A stretch of DNA of 64,000 nt from Squalus acanthias. Its lineage: Eukaryota. Shown piece by piece: positions 62,951 through 64,000 of the stretch. A model generated the notes under the pieces. The model did no database searches. It saw only the letters and a list, made by a program, of their open reading frames with translations, and was not told the origin of the DNA. Each line of letters begins with the position of its first letter. Within the stretch, counting starts at the first letter, position 1. The position numbers and the translations under genes are program-made. The stretch is from NCBI GenBank assembly GCA_030390025.1, contig CM059425.1:165480001-165544000 (forward strand), written 5' to 3'.

Positions 62951-64000
62951 TATGGAAGGGAAGGGGAGCTAACACTGTTTATGCATAATGTTGTTCGCTA
63001 GGTGGCACAGGTTGGTAACCATCTTTCTGGATAGCCTCAGCCTTGGCTTGCATTGCTCCTCCTATGGGTTCTACGCATTGCCCTGGGCAGTTGATGCAAA
63101 TAGTTGTGAGTGTTTTACAAAGTCTTTGCCCCCGTTATGCCCTCTGACCCCTGCAGTGATGCAGGACAACACATATTGCATCTATAATGTTCATCATCAC
63201 ATTTTCCTAACCAGGAGATACAATAACTCCAACTCAGGTTGATACAACTGGTACCATTTAACTATTGAATGTCCCCAAAGGAAAACAGCACCAATCAGCA
63301 TTAAAAGCTCTTCATATGCCCCGAATTGGCATTATTAAGCAGTGGGCGTTAAATTAATGCCACAATGTCAGTGCTAATACATATTTTTTACAGATTAGAA
63401 AACCTGGAATAGTGCTAAAACCCCCCAGTGCCACTACCAGTATTTCGTCCTAATTTTTCACTCATTTTATATCCAACCTCCACGGGTGTTAGTAGCAGAA
63501 AGCATATCCCATGATACATGATACATGAGTGATAACTGTGGATTATGGAAAATAAACAATTGAATGATGTTAAGTAGTATTACTGACAAGTGTCATAAGC
63601 ACAAATGAATTCAGAACCCTTGTGCCACATGTGGCTAATGTTTCAGAAGCCATCGACATCCTATTATTTTTTCTATTTATTTATACTTACCTTCATTTTG
63701 ATTTCCAAATAACCATATCATCAAATACAGTTTTTTTTCTTAAATTTCCCAAGTCAAACCCAAGATTCTGCCGCAAATTCTGAGCTTGCTTTCTTGCTCA
63801 TTATAATGCCATAGACACAGCAGCAGTTTACTGGAAGCATGAGTCAACGATCATAAAATCATTGGCACAAACACAAGATATGTAGCATAAATCTCTGACA
63901 CTGCTGACTCACTGCTCTTGCAGCACAATGAAATGTGGTGCTCTGCACAAAGCATCACTGCATTACACTTCCCAATGAAGTTAGACCACAACCTTCATAG

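Noticed and set aside
1..64000. CRISPR arrays, retrons, prokaryotic operons or defence systems
   Set aside because: No repeat-spacer arrays. All RTs are eukaryotic non-LTR or Penelope types, and the two-gene cassette is the known PIF/Harbinger organisation with spliceosomal introns.

Overview
Eukaryotic (vertebrate) genomic DNA, most likely from a shark or other elasmobranch: it carries HE1-type V-SINEs, SacSINE1-type DeuSINEs and HER1/CR1-type LINEs. I could not support any host protein-coding gene; the window is a dense, nested pile of transposable elements. (i) Three full-length two-gene PIF/Harbinger DNA transposons at 7191-16002, 19653-23759 and 29922-34147. Each has a spliced 3-exon Myb/SANT-like accessory gene facing an intron-less DDE transposase. 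A fourth, older relic lies at about 23790-25300. (ii) About nine Harbinger-type MITEs, two of which share the same deletion that fuses the start codons of the two genes head-to-head. (iii) A very young Neptune-type Penelope retroelement with an uninterrupted RT + GIY-YIG frame, a 424-bp inverted repeat, a 15-bp TSD and a minimal hammerhead ribozyme. (iv) Many CR1 copies, a second CR1/L2-group LINE family, L2 and RTE fragments, several nested 2-3 levels deep. The most novel-looking signals are a conserved AT-hook-like motif in the Harbinger accessory proteins, family-specific subterminal motifs, MITEs carrying promoter-like and splice-donor motifs, and the Penelope ribozyme/inverted-repeat architecture. 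Coordinates were read by eye; boundaries without a TSD are approximate.
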